A stretch of DNA of 64,000 bases, taken from contig CM082586.2 in the NCBI GenBank assembly GCA_040954595.2, positions 1,369,124 to 1,433,123 of the forward strand. The letters are read 5' to 3'. The stretch's first letter is position 1; each line of letters begins with the position of its first letter. A program made the translations under genes and the position numbers. This stretch comes from Balanoglossus misakiensis. Its lineage: Eukaryota > Animalia > Hemichordata. The notes under the pieces were generated by a model. The model saw only the letters and a program-made list of their open reading frames with translations, ran no database searches and was not told the origin of the DNA. Below are positions 27,401 through 39,892 of the stretch, piece after piece.

Positions 27401-29580
27401 TAAAATGGCATTGGAGCAGAAAACATCACAGGTTGTGTTGGAACCATAGTCATCAGTCAAGCTGGCAGTTGAAAAATTCTACTTTGATTATATCTGAACA
27501 GAATATCAACTGCAAGTGACAACCATGATGGATCTACGAATTATACCTCTTAATGATCACGTTGAGTGGTGTTGAACCATACTGGTCAAAATACAAACCC
27601 AGTGGCCCACATCTACTGTATAACGAGCTGTTACTCCATACTGGTTGACTGACAAACACATCCACCCACTCACTCACTCACGAATCTGGCTGGCCAAACA
27701 TTGGACCCAATGTGGCATATGTATAATTTAAGCAGTGACATTCCCACTTCAATATCTTAAAATGTTAATGAGTGCTTCTCGAGACAATGTGTACTGTCAT
27801 CAACATAGTGGGCAATTTTTTCTCCTTTTTTCCTCTCTCCCTCTCTCTAGCTCTTTTTCTCAAATTTCTTCCATGGCTAGCTGATGTGATCAACCACTGC
27901 ATCAATGCTTGTACATCACCTAGCAACCAACAATGGACCTTAAAATAGAAGCATTACTGTGATCCCTTCTGTGAGAGAGGAAATTTGTACAGCACTGTAA
28001 CAGCAGAGAAAAAAATAACAGCTCTGTCCCTGTGATTCCAGAACGCCATTCTCAAATCGACAGCCATTTTTTAAAATGCCAGCTACAGAAAAAGATGGAA
28101 GCAGAGTATAAACCTTGATAATTCTCCCACACAGAGAGAGATAGATGGAGTCCATACAACTGACTATGCTACACAGCGCACTTGTTCTAAAAATAGCACA
28201 CATTGTAAAATGTAATTTCTGCAAGTAATTTCACTCTCTATGGCGAAGGACCCACCTGCCTATTACATATATTCAATTCATGTAACTCGAGTACAGACAG
28301 GCCAACTAGAATTTGGGGATATCAGACCAGTGACATCACACTGTCCAAGGAATCACACGGCAAAGGTTTTACGCCCTGCTTCAATATGAGGAAAGAGTTC
28401 AGTGAATGTCAGAAAATGACCTCATTTACATATTACAGATGTCAACACCGGAGCAAGGACCACACCTGGTTTTCATCCACTTACAATCAAATAATTATTG
28501 ATTTCACTGTCAGTTGTTACTGTTTTACGTACATTTCTATACGCCAGGCTACATTGTAACGGGAAGTACATGTATATTTCCTGGTCTTTTTTTCTGTATT
28601 TTTAAGCTTAGTTTAAATAAATCTTTGAACGACGCGAACATGTATTTTCATTCCAATGAATGAATGAATGAATGAAGGGATGGATGAATGAAGGAATGAA
28701 TGAAGGAATGAACAAACGAATGAATGAATGGATGAATAAATAAATGAGTGAGTGAGTGAGTGAGTGAGTGAATGAATGTCTAAAGATATATTGTTACAAA
28801 ATGTGTATATCTTGGAAATATAATAATTATTGTAATTATTGATGGATTGTCCTGTATTTTATAGTACACTTACTTTAAAAAATTAAAATTATTTTTGTCA
28901 AGTAAAAATATGTGGCATTTAACTTGCCATTTCATGGCTATACGACGACATAAAAAGATAATACGCGATGCAGAACCTGTTATGTGCACTGCACTTTCGT
29001 CTCATTTAAAATTCGCGAATATAAATTCGCAAAAAATCCCTCGCTAGCGTTTCGGCTCCAGACGACAGGCCCATAATAATGATGGAGAAAATGTACCTAA
29101 ATTTATCTTGACTAATAGCAAATCCTTCGAAAAGAATTTGTCTGGGTGGAAGCGACCGTAATTTGATGTATCCCCAATGCTTATGCATTGAATTAGGAGA
29201 ATAAATGTATTTTTTTCCAATGTGATGTCTGTTGCAGTGCTAGGCATACCCCGCCTCTCGACACGAAACGCACATACAAAATGTGATGTCCCCGTTCGTT
29301 CGCATTTCTGTGCGTTGACAGGTAAAGGCCAACGGTGCAATTGGACACATATTGCCATGGTATTGTCTTCCGTTTTAACCAATGTCAAAAACCTACCTTC
29401 GCAAATGAAACCTTGGCCAATGAGACCCCATAACATATCCGTACAATGATGGCAATATGTGGGCTTATGAAATGTTTTCTTCATGAAAATGTGCCCATGT
29501 CCAAGATCGTATCCATCTTTCTCCGCGGTTGGGTTCAAGTCCACCTGAGTACCGAAAAGTGAGGTTGCCGTTGTCGCCAT
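326..29580 (-). CDS. DGKQ: Diacylglycerol kinase theta (type V DGK: 3x C1, RA regions, RRM-like segment, DGK catalytic + accessory domains), about 950/987 aa
   Basis: Phase-consistent GT-AG exons (5'->3'): 29580-29397, 16324-16245, 15041-14939, 13894-13803, 13573-13442, 13009-12877, [11454-11314 optional], 10614-10573, 9548-9442, 9235-9163, 8934-8831, 7411-7362, 6886-6796, 6500-6387, 4091-3941, 3735-3700, 3497-3382, 3131-2980, 2831-2683, 2478-2370, 2232-1873, 1561-1390, 1220-1122, then 593-531 or 499-326. Motifs: [28 protein letters not shown] (C1), [54 protein letters not shown]. Confidence 0.95.
531..593 (-). CDS. DGKQ: DGK-theta alternative last coding exon A ([20 protein letters not shown])
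   Basis: Acceptor ctaac...tctttctgtag at 595-594; phase 0, continuing ...SALQ from exon 1220-1122; TAA at 533-531. Confidence 0.8.
   Translation of the reverse strand, partial: ATMLKKSKIQRRNTDPQINC
2631..2647. promoter_or_regulatory. CTCF-like motif in a DGK intron
   Basis: gcagcgccctctactgg; the reverse complement CCAGTAGAGGGCGCTGC closely matches the CTCF core consensus. Confidence 0.45.
5518..5686. repeat. Inverted repeat (27-bp arms, 25/27 match) in a DGK intron
   Basis: 5518-5544 caatctgattaaaatcagctgtagaga versus 5660-5686 tctccacagcagattttaatcagattg. Confidence 0.85.
11314..11517 (-). CDS. DGKQ: Probable cassette exon of DGK-theta (Ser-rich/basic linker) with two in-frame acceptors
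   Basis: Open frame ..[47 protein letters not shown]; exon starts at 11517 or 11454, donor gtaaat after 11314; both versions are phase 1 to 1 (204 or 141 nt). Confidence 0.6.
20703..20877. repeat. (ATGT)n tetranucleotide microsatellite
   Basis: Near-perfect tandem ATGT with one interrupted stretch; explains the MYVC/HTYI spurious ORFs. Confidence 0.97.
28655..28778. repeat. Compound (AATG)n/(GAGT)n microsatellite
   Basis: Imperfect aatg/gatg units followed by gagt units. Confidence 0.85.
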
Positions 29581-31400
29581 CCCGTCTGAGATTTCCAAGC
29601 AGATCTCCCCAGAATCTTCAGAACAGCTCAGAAACAACGACAAACGCAACAATCCGACAAATCGAGGGCCGATCTCTCTATCGATCTAACCGAGAGATGA
29701 ACTGTGTTAATTTTCAGCACAATTTTTACGACGATATGACCAGATACACCCAGAAAATCTCCCGATTTAAACGCCGCAGGACAGTCCAGTCTGGGTCTAA
29801 TATTTGATGGTGTCCTCCAGAAATATTCTGTCACATTCACAGATAAAATCATCCATGATCGGCACAAAACAGAACGGATTTTACACTGTGCAGATATACT
29901 GCCACAAAATCTCTAATTTCCCTGATGGAGGAAATAGGCGAATGGATTGAAATGCGCATGCCCAATACGTTCCGCGAAGCACAACACCGGGACACTTTCA
30001 TTTACATACTTTGACCACATATGTGTTCTTTATGCTTCAACTTCAGAAATTAAACTACAGTTGGAAAGTCGAGCTATTTTCTGGCAAAAAAGACCGAAAA
30101 GATAATTGTGTTTAGTTGATGTGAAGTTTTGGCGTCCAGGCGTTGCTTTACTAGGTTCTGTTATTCATAAGTACTTATTGAAATTCAGGTTGTGTCGCTC
30201 GTCATATGACAAATTGAGGTTTGAAATAACCTGCCAGCGTATATGCGCTGGGTAAAGGCGTGCATTGTTCACGACTTGGCTTTAATTAAACGTACACACA
30301 ACGTTGCAAGTCCTTGAAACAATGCCGCATGCAAAATCAACGCAGCTGTTCGAGATCCTCGTTCCCGATGCCCTGAAGTAACCTCGTGAAGTGGCATGAT
30401 GTATAAAGCGCCCTCATTATGAAAAGTCTTTCAAAAGAAAAAGAAAAACGGGCAGGGCCTCCGTCTTCAGCTTCGCCAGCCAAGCTCTATTTATTCGAGC
30501 TTTCCGCAAATATTTGAGTGGTTGAGACGATACATTCCACTTGACTGCAAGACGGAATGGAAATAAATGATAATATGAAACCCGACTGACTAACTGTCTG
30601 TCTTCCAGTCCGAGAAACTCTCCGTCTCAAACTCATCTCGGTTTCTCCTCTCTATGTCTTGTCTGTCTTGTCTGTTCTTTCTCTCCCTCCTCTCTTTCTC
30701 TCTCTCTCTCACAGCTAAACGGGAGCAAGATATGACCATGATGACACTACTCAATTTAGTTTATTATCAAAATTTTCACAAGGTGAATGGGTCAGTACAA
30801 CAACTATCCACTATTAATTCAATTAATTAACCACAATCCCACTGGTGCGACCTTGGATCGATTTAGTCTGGGGAAGGCCGATGCGAGAAAAATCAAATTT
30901 GCTACATTTCCCAACAGATTCATCTGTCTTGATAGAGTAACAGTGGCTAACTTGCATCGTTACTTGTACGTGTGATCTTGTTGTGTAGACGTTTAGATGC
31001 ATTTTTCCATGGAATACATTATGTTTTTATAATGTCGACTTACACGCAGTTTTTGTTTAATGAATTAACCCCCCCCCCCCCCCGTGACTGGTGAAAATTC
31101 TATGAATCAGCGGTCATGCTGATCTTACTATGTAAGGTGACTCTGTTTTACTGGCCCACAACGGTTTACCACGGTAGCTGAAACATCTGGCAAAGTAGAG
31201 TTCAGTGTACTACTTTGGGCCCACGAGGGCGCATTTGGCTTGCAATAAGCCTGCAGAGAAAACTTTATTGATTCAACCGACAACATTATCACTAAACATT
31301 GATCAAGATGTGTTGTTTCCATGGGAAATTTTGCAAGGGGACTTGGCAAGAAGTATGTTAAGCACTGGCTGTAATATATCAATGGCATCTCCGTTCTCAC

Positions 31401-31498
<98 letters not shown>
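31401..31498. repeat. (CAT)n trinucleotide microsatellite, about 32 units, between the divergent DGK and TBCEL starts
   Basis: Perfect catcatcat run; explains the poly-M/poly-S/poly-D ORFs. Confidence 0.97.
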
Positions 31499-31916
31499 AT
31501 CTTGTTGAGACATTTGACCTTGTACGTTAACCTTTCATCACAATACAGATAGTAAATCCACCCCTGGCGGCTCCGTTTGTTGGGGGATGACATGTGTGAC
31601 ATTGGCGTGCATTTAAAGGATAGTCTCTACGTCATTTGGTCGCCAACGTGACGGGATGACCTTGTCAATGTTAGTAGACATCGCAGTGTATTGTGGGTTC
31701 GTTTTTTCCTTTTCCTTGATCTGTCCACGCATGCGCTTTGTGATGAATCCATTTCAAAACAAAGTGTTTGAAAGACGACACGAGTGGCTGAGATCGCAGA
31801 CGATCTGGTGACTCACATTCTATTTGGAGTGCTGGGTCAGCCTCGGAAAGATCTTTTAGCTCAGCTGATAGTGATATGAGTTCATGTGCATATCGTACTG
31901 AAAATACAGAAAGATC

Positions 31917-34900
31917 ATGGCATATTCTTGGCGAATCAGTCTTACAGCAGACCCATCTGAGGAGTCTGTCTTCTCAGCTGACGTTGAAGATCCAGACACC
32001 ACTTCCGCAGGTGATGCAGTTTCGAATTTAGAAAACACCGATCCGGAATGTAAAGAAACCTCGTTCGTAAAAGCGCTGAGGGACAAATATTGCGAGGTAA
32101 GAGTTAACTCTACAGTTCTTCCAAGTGACGATGCAGATATACACCTCTCGATTCAATCTTATGCTACAGTGCAGTGCCTCACCATTCCTGCATTGTATGT
32201 TGATGAGATTGTGTTATTGTTTTCAAACATTCAACTCCGACTGTTTGGACGCCTGCCAGAATTGCGTAGACTGGGTAGCACAGGTCCATGTGAAGTCGGC
32301 TCAAGTCAGCTATTGAAGTATGACAGTGCTGTTTCACCATTAAAATGATTTATACTCATGTAACTGCTCCATATAAATACTGGTATTTGCACATGATTTG
32401 CATGTTATCTGCATGGTTGTGTAATGTGACAGTAGTATGCTAATCTACATGATTAAATTGATCATAGAGGGTTTTCAATGCACTCAAGATGCAATGTATT
32501 GTTCCACATCATATAAGTAATAAAGTTTTTGCTTCATTCCGCACTGTTTCTCTCATAGGAGTCTTTGACTTCTATCTATTTCAACTCACCACGAAGACGA
32601 GCCTCGTCAGCTGAGCTGGGATTCCTACAAAATGTGGTATGTGCCTTGAATTTTCATCCAGGTTTTGAAGATTCAGTGGCACGGATTGGTGTGCCACAGA
32701 CTACCCCTGTTGAATAATCTAACAATTACCATGGATTAAATTGTTTCAACTGCAGGTATTGGACAACTATGAGATCACACATGCAGGTTTGCCAGATGAT
32801 GGTCTACAAATGCTGTGCCCAAACGTAGTGGACTTGGATCTGTCCAAGAACAATATGGTGAACTGGTCAGAGGTCCTACCCATTATGTCGCAACTACCAT
32901 ATTTGAAGTTTGTGAACTTGAGCTTCAATAAACTTCAAAATCACCATGTAAGTTTTGCTGCACCATTTCAATTTGTGATACATATATTTTGCATAAAAAT
33001 AGGACAACTGTGAAATTTCTTGCCTTATAGCAATAACTGCACCATACATACCACAGCTCCAATAGATCATTCTTTTTCATGTAATACTAGGGATGTTTGG
33101 AAGGAAATAGTGAAGAGTTCCCAGTTGTTGAAAATCTGGTTTTGAACGGAACTGAAGTGTCATGGAGAGACGTGACTGCTTTAACCAAACACATGCCAAA
33201 ATTAAAAGAACTTCACCTGTGTACAAATGGTAAGACAGCTTGGCAGAAAAGTACACTGACATTTTGATGCACCATTAACATACATGTAATATGAAAAAGA
33301 AAGTGGAAAGTACATATCTGGCGTATGCAAATATATTCAAATGAGTATGCCTATTGATTTATTCCTGGGAGAACACCGAGTCATGAAACTCAAATATAGT
33401 GCATACATGTGTCTTTTCCACCACAGGCTACAAAGGTGTCGAACACAATAGTACGACAGAGTTGCTCGAAGCATTGTCATCTGTACAGTGTCTTAGACTG
33501 AATAACAACAACATCACGAGGTAACTCATCGATGCATCAACTCTCTCTGTCTTAAAAGTAGACAAGACTTCCTGCAGGCCAGCCCATTCCTGATATTTGC
33601 TCATTTTTGATATAGTTTTGCTGCTTTAGTTTCTTTTGATAAGTGCTTTATGTCACTCTCTGCTCACTGAATCATGGATACTCAGTGGTTGTTACTATTT
33701 CTCTCTCACAGATGGCAAGCAGTGGAGAAATTAGGAATATTGCCGTCACTCAAAATGCTGGTCCTGTCTGGAAACCCCTTACAAAACATCAAATACCAGG
33801 AGTCCATCAGTCTGGAAGAAGACAAGGTGGACACCATGTGTAATGGTTTCAGTAGCAATGGTGATAATCAAAATGGTGATGATGCTGAAATGAAAGAAAA
33901 ATTGACTGATGAAGTCCAAGATTTCCTGGATTTTGTGGTGACCCGGGCGGTGAAGTTGAACTCGGTGTCTGACGATGAACACTGCGAGGCGGAGCGTGAG
34001 AACTCAGAGAACTTGAACTCTGAGGAATTCAGCGTTGCCATGCCGATGAGATTGGGCGTGGCAGGGGATGGCAAAGCAGAAGAGCTGGACCAGGGTGAGG
34101 ATGAGACCTTCCAAGAGAATGATCCGGAATCAGGACCAAAGACTGGAACTTCATCAGAGTCCAACAACTCAGTGAAAGCATTTACAGCACTGACGACGTT
34201 GTGTGTGAGTGACACACATCTGTCCGACTGGTCAGCATTTGAGGAACTGACCAAGTTTCCAAATTTGAACAATTTACGCATCAAGGTGAGTGTTGCAAAA
34301 CTGAGCCACACATATCTTGACTTGGTGTTCAAATCAACACAGTGATTGTGTGTGAACTACAATGCATGTAATGCTATAGTATTCTGTACCATCTGTAGAA
34401 CATCTTGGCTTCCAAAGCAAATGATAATAGTACACAATGCCATCTCTTTGCTGCATCTTACAGAGTATAAAATTACTCCAAGAGCTGACCTCTGAAGAAA
34501 GGAGGAAGCTTTTCCTGGCAAGGTAATTTTGACTTTAATCCTTCACCTGTACATGAAGCCAGACTGATTAGAAACACATCATTTTTACCTTGAAAATGCT
34601 GGAACTGATGTTGTTTGTGTTTGTGGTAGTTTACCTCAGATAACAGTGCTGAATGGCAGTGAAGTGTCCGACAATGAAAGGGAGAAGGCCGAGAGACACT
34701 ACATCCGGTATTTTGCAGACAAGGAATCACCTCAACAACGGTACTGCGATTTGGTCAAGAAACATGGTATGTTATCAAGTGGTGTTGTTGAATTGTAATG
34801 TATCCTAACACAAAAAATAATTTAAGGTCTTGCAATAACTTGTGTCTGTGTTGACATTTTAGGTCAGCTGAAACCCATTTACAAAGTAAATCTGCTGGGC

Positions 34901-35264
34901 CGTTCTTTGAAGAAGCATGCCGATGTGACGTTGCTGTACCAAGGCAGACCCTTAGAAAAAGTCACCATCAGAGTCTTAGAAAGCATCGGGAAACTCAAGT
35001 TGTACTGCTCCAATCTGGTACATCAACCTATCAGGTATGTCACACTCTATGGACTTTGCTCTGTGGCTATTAATAATTTCATTTTTACAGAACTTACAAC
35101 TTATTTTCTGTTTCTTCAGAAAAATCAGAATCTACCACATGTCAAAGATGATGACAGAGGACAATGGCCAGCCAATTTTCCAGGAACTGTTCCTGGAATC
35201 TCTGCCGATCAGTCGCTTTGATATTGTCGACGGTGATGAAATACACATTGAGAGAGTAATGTAG
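31917..35264 (+). CDS. TBCEL: Tubulin-specific chaperone cofactor E-like protein (LRR + C-terminal ubiquitin-like domain), about 589 aa
   Basis: Exons 31917-32096, 32559-32636, 32756-32947, 33091-33229, 33427-33520, 33712-34285, 34464-34522, 34630-34766, 34863-35034, 35120-35264 (1770 nt, in frame). Motifs SFVKALRDKY, CPNVVDLDLSKN..NWSEV, EERRKLFLA, LNGSEVSDNEREKAERHYIRYF and C-terminal FDIVDGDEIHIE are typical of TBCEL; no CAP-Gly domain, so not TBCE. Confidence 0.88.
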
Positions 35265-36384
35265 GCAGTAGACTGTAAAATCCCCCTGGATCTGAAGACT
35301 GTTCTTCCCTGGAATTGTGAAAAAAAATACTGCGTTTCCTGGAAAACATAGATTATCGGTACTGATTTTTTCCAGGTGACCTGTTTCTGGTTAACTCATG
35401 AGGAATTCATTGTTTCCCAGGCACCTTACATGTTTCTACATTCTGCATGTATTCCTGCCAGTACCAGGGTCCAAGTATCACTTTAAGGCATTCAGTCTCT
35501 TGTGCCATACTAATGCACAGAGACAAACTCCTGTTTAACTTTCTGTTGGTTCTTTACTGTCTTTACAAGTATTGACCAATCGAGGCAGGTTTTGCATTTT
35601 CTGCTCGGGTAGTCTTATAGCAGTCAGCGCTGTTTGCAGTGATGAAGTTGCCATTTTTTGTACAAATGTGACAATCGTATATATATATGTAATTAGAATT
35701 GTATCAATTTACATAGCGCAACTTGAGTGCTCTTGTGAGCACGCATCTTAACTAGTATGAATATGGTTTGTAAAAATGCGATTTTTGAGACCAGTAATCA
35801 TGAGTGAAGATTTACATTATAGTTCAAATGATTGTTTCATTTCGTGAATTTTATATTTCGCTTTTAAAAATGTGTTTTGTTTTACTGTTACTATGAGTGA
35901 ACTTATTCTTTTTCAGGCATGTATATCTTTCAAAAGACCAAATGTGGTTATTTTTGAAGGCCAGGTGTTCTAGTGTATATAATGTCTGTACAAATGATCT
36001 AATGTGGAAAAATAAATGAAATAGTATGATTAATTCTCTGTTCTTGTGAAATTGTTCCTATTTCATGTGCACAGTATTGAAATAGGTGACTGATTATATG
36101 ACACCAGCCTCTAAAATGTACATCGAAAGAAAAACTTAATTGAACACTAGAGGGTGCCCACAGCAACACGATTTCCTCCTAGTAGTCGGCAGTAAAATAA
36201 TTTTTTGAGCAGAAGCTTTGACTGTCAGAGGTACTGAAGTTGGCTGAATCTTCCCTTTCTCTCGTCTGTTCTTGAGTCTGTTATTTGGCCAATCAGACAT
36301 ACTGCAGGGAAGTAAATTACTGTGCCCTTTATAGAGTGATACACATTGAGTGAAGACTCCAGTCCACGATTTATCCACCAATCA

Positions 36385-37292
36385 TCACCGTTGTTTGTAA
36401 CGCTTCACAAAAGTGACCTCATCTCGGTTCCTTATGCCATAGCTGTGGAGGAAAGAAATTCAAACTGTCAGTAAAATAGACAGCATGCAGATAATGATGT
36501 GCATGGGTAACATGCAGTGGTGACGGTCAATGCAACAGAAGACAGCATGGACAATAACTTACTCTTTAATTTTCCTGTCATTATCTTCTAGTTTTTCGCC
36601 ATCAAAGACCAACCAATATGTCTTCCAAATATATCGCCTATAGACAAAGAAAGTAGATATAATGTGTCACTAATTAATTGAGTTGGATTCTCTCCCTCCA
36701 TCATGTGCCATGGACAGTTGAGCAAGATCTGCTCTAGTGTCTATGATTGAACTTACCAGCTAACATATTTGTTTCCACCTTCTCTTTCTAATTTCTTGGT
36801 GAAGTGTCGCTTGATGGCTTTCTTGAAATCAAGAACTGTGGCACCTTGCACAATTACAACCGCTGGGAAACAAAAAAGAGAACAATAGTAATGTTCACAT
36901 AAATAAGACTGCCCTCCTCACATACATGAAGCTGCAAGATATTTAGATTTCCATGTGTACCTTTTAGACAGACAGACAAATAAATAAACACAAATAAATA
37001 TGAGTCACCTACGGACGGTTTCGTCGTTCTGTTTACGAACAATCACAGTCATCGCCTGGCCATATTCCAATGCTATTTGAGAACGAAGTTCCTCTGGGGT
37101 CACGTCAGTGGGCAAATCACTCAAGATCGAGTCTTGTAACAAAGTTTCAATTCCTGTCCGTACAGCATTCATGGCCTCCTTATGAGACAGCCCTTGGTCG
37201 TCTTCATGTTCTTGTTTGCCATGGCTTTCCGAATCATGCTCTTTCTCTTGTTTAATCTCACCTTCCTCTCTGTCATCGCTTACAACTTCCAT
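36385..37292 (-). CDS. SNRNP25: U11/U12 snRNP 25 kDa protein (ubiquitin-like fold), about 172 aa
   Basis: Exons 37292-37013, 36862-36757, 36637-36563, 36442-36385. Motifs LSDLPTDVTPEELRSQIALEYGQAMTV, ATVLDFKKAIKRH, VSWRYIWKTYWLVFDGEKL, YGIRNRDEVTFVKR. Confidence 0.93.
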
Positions 37293-37652
37293 GATGAAAT
37301 CCGTTCAGAACTTCCCGAGCCTCAGTACCTCCATGCTCGAACAACACACTTCTGCTGCATTTGCACCAGATCCGGAATCGCATTCAGACTCGGATCAAAC
37401 ACCGGCGCCCTCTAGAGTTGCAGGATGTACTGTTCTTAGAAACTGATATAAATGGTCAATGTATTACTGGTCAGGTAGCTGTTAATTATTATTTATCACC
37501 AATATATCAATCGAAACCAACTTAGACAACGGTGTATACGGGGTACAGAGTTATCTTCAGTTTATTGGAACACGAATCCGAAACCCAACTCGAGTCTAAT
37601 CCATCCGCTATTTGCCGTTTGTCGAAACTGGTAGATTACACACGTGTTAGAC

Positions 37653-38257
37653 ATGTTGATGTTCTGTCCGACGTGTGCTAATGTATTAGTGGCGGAAGAA
37701 GGCGAAAAGTGTCTGCGATTTGCCTGTAACACCTGTCCATTCGTTCAGAATGTCACCAGAAAGGTTAGTGCCGTTCATGTGGAGTCACAGTCCCTCTACT
37801 AGCTGCAATGATTGTAGTGGTGTTGCTAGGTTGATGATGATGATCATGTGTTTTTTTTTTTATAGATATCAAGCAGGAAATACCCCAAGTTGAAAGAGTT
37901 AGATGATGTACTAGGTGGAGCAGCGGCCTGGGAGAATGTGGACTCAACACAAGGTATGTTACTTATTCAGTTTTCAGAAAATGAAAAATTGAAGTTCAGC
38001 AAGGACTAAACAGTACATTTGTATTCTTATGTGTCTGATAATCTGCTGAAAATCAACTCATTACCACTTAAAATTGATGAAATATTATCAAAACTGATAC
38101 TGTTAATTGTTGGTGTTTGTGTGTTGCAGAAACCTGTCCCAAGTGTGAACATTCAAGGGCATACTTCATGCAGATCCAGACTCGGTCAGCAGATGAGCCA
38201 ATGACGATATTCTACAAGTGCTGCAATGCTCAGTGTGGGCACAGATGGAAGGAATAG
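37653..38257 (+). CDS. POLR3K: RNA polymerase III subunit RPC10/C11, 108 aa
   Basis: Exons 37653-37763, 37866-37953, 38130-38257. MLMFCPTCAN...FACNTCP zinc ribbon, KELDDVLGGAAAWENVDST, CPKC..AYFMQIQTRSADEPMTIFYKC (TFIIS-like). AATAAA at 38490-38495. Confidence 0.96.
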
Positions 38258-39084
38258 AAACAGAAACACTCAGTGACATCTTGCATGGCAACCGTTGGCC
38301 CTTGTCAGAGACTTAATGCATCATGGGAATGGTGGCAATGTCAGTGTATTGGCCTTCCTGTCAGGACCAGGATCTTGAAGCAGATATTCAATTTGGAGGA
38401 ATTGCACACAGATTAGCCTGGTTCATCATCAGTGCATGTGTATGCTGGGAGAAGACGTTTTTGTCAGAGACAATATTCTAGCATTTGTAAATAAAATCTT
38501 ATTTTATACAACTTGTGTTGTTATTCCTTCAAAGTACAAACTCTGTTTGCATAGACTTCCACAGACTGAAAGATTCAGACACATGCGGGCACGGGCACTG
38601 TGACCCTGACTCCTGGTTAGGGTCAGAGGTCACAAAGCACTGGTGTGCTCGCATTCATACAACTGAATCTTTCAATCTTAGAGTTCTAAGGAGAGCAACA
38701 TTGTCCGGAAATCGGAGCCCAGGTAAAATGACTGGGAAAACCCTGTAACATTTACCTGGGTACCGCCCTTATCAAAAACACTGGTTACACCCTCCAAATA
38801 TATATATATATATGAGACACACCAACACAAATGACATATTCAAGAAATTATCATTTAATGTTCTTGAAAGATCGAAATACACAGCACAAGACAGGCTTCC
38901 GAAGTGTGGCCATAACAATACAGATTTCTGGTAAAGTCCAACAAAACTGCCCAGTTGTTAAATAGACTCCATATATCTTCCACAAGTCCTCAACACTATG
39001 ATTCCACCAGGCTTGGTCTAGTTCTGTGTACTTCTGCCGGTATTTTACAAAGCCCTTTCGTGGAATATCTCTGGAGTACACATC

Positions 39085-39864
39085 TTACAACTTGAGCTTG
39101 GTTCTTCTCCAGTGGCGTCTTTTGGCATTGTATCTGTTACGGGAGAACACAAATAGTGGAGGTTAGTGATTCACACAAACCATTGATATATCATAACCAG
39201 ACTTTGCATTGAGAAAAAAGCGGACATGTATAGATCTAACCATGGTTCTTTAACTGCATGTTCTGGCCCATATCACTGCCTTTATTTACCTGATAGTGTT
39301 GCCTGTCCTCATTCTAACCCATTGTGGGATTGGTCTATTTTGCTTCAGCTTCTTAGCAAGCTTCTTCTTCACACGGAATGACTTGTGTGCTGCCTGAGGC
39401 CGAGGAAGAAAAATAGTAAAGTTTAGAGTCTGACCACGATCTGAGTAATGTACATTGCAGCAATGAGCACTGACGGGCTAGCAAATCCATTTCATAATAC
39501 AACCTTTCAGTACGTGTGTTACTGCGTTTTTCTACATCACCTAAACATTGCAAAAAGTAATGAAAGTGTAGATTTTAAACGACCACGAGCTTTAATGTGA
39601 ATGGCTATAGGCTTTATTTAAATAAAAAGGACTCGTTCGAATTCATAACGTGTGGTTACTACAAGATCATCACCACCGGTATCGTTGAGATCACAACAGT
39701 CTTGTCATGCTCGAAGATGGGCTATAATTTTTAAGTCAAGCGTTGCCATCCTCTCAATTCGAATGGCCTATCTAATCAATCAGTATTTCAACTTTGATGT
39801 CGACCATGGTTATTTCAATTTGAGCCGAATAGGCGCCTATAATTTGCCAAATTGTTCCTACCAT
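39085..39864 (-). CDS. RPL39: 60S ribosomal protein L39 (eL39), 51 aa
   Basis: ATG-only coding exon 39864-39862 (ATG|gtagg), exon 39393-39290 ([35 protein letters not shown]), exon 39133-39085 ([15 protein letters not shown]). Confidence 0.96.
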
Positions 39865-39892
39865 AATTCTGCTACACCGACTATGGCGGATC

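Noticed and set aside
31128-31602. Poly-Met, poly-Ser and poly-Asp ORFs
   Set aside because: They are translations of the (CAT)n microsatellite.
33868-34332. 154-aa antisense ORF in TBCEL exon 6, and antisense ORFs in the GPCR exon
   Set aside because: Shadow ORFs of the real coding strand.
36385-37292. U12-type introns in SNRNP25 or its neighbours
   Set aside because: None of the reconstructed donors match the RTATCCTT consensus; all look U2-type.
39592-39602. 11-nt antisense match to 5.8S rRNA in the RPL39 intron as a C/D snoRNA guide
   Set aside because: Not followed by a D or D' box (CTGA); a short AT-rich match is expected by chance.
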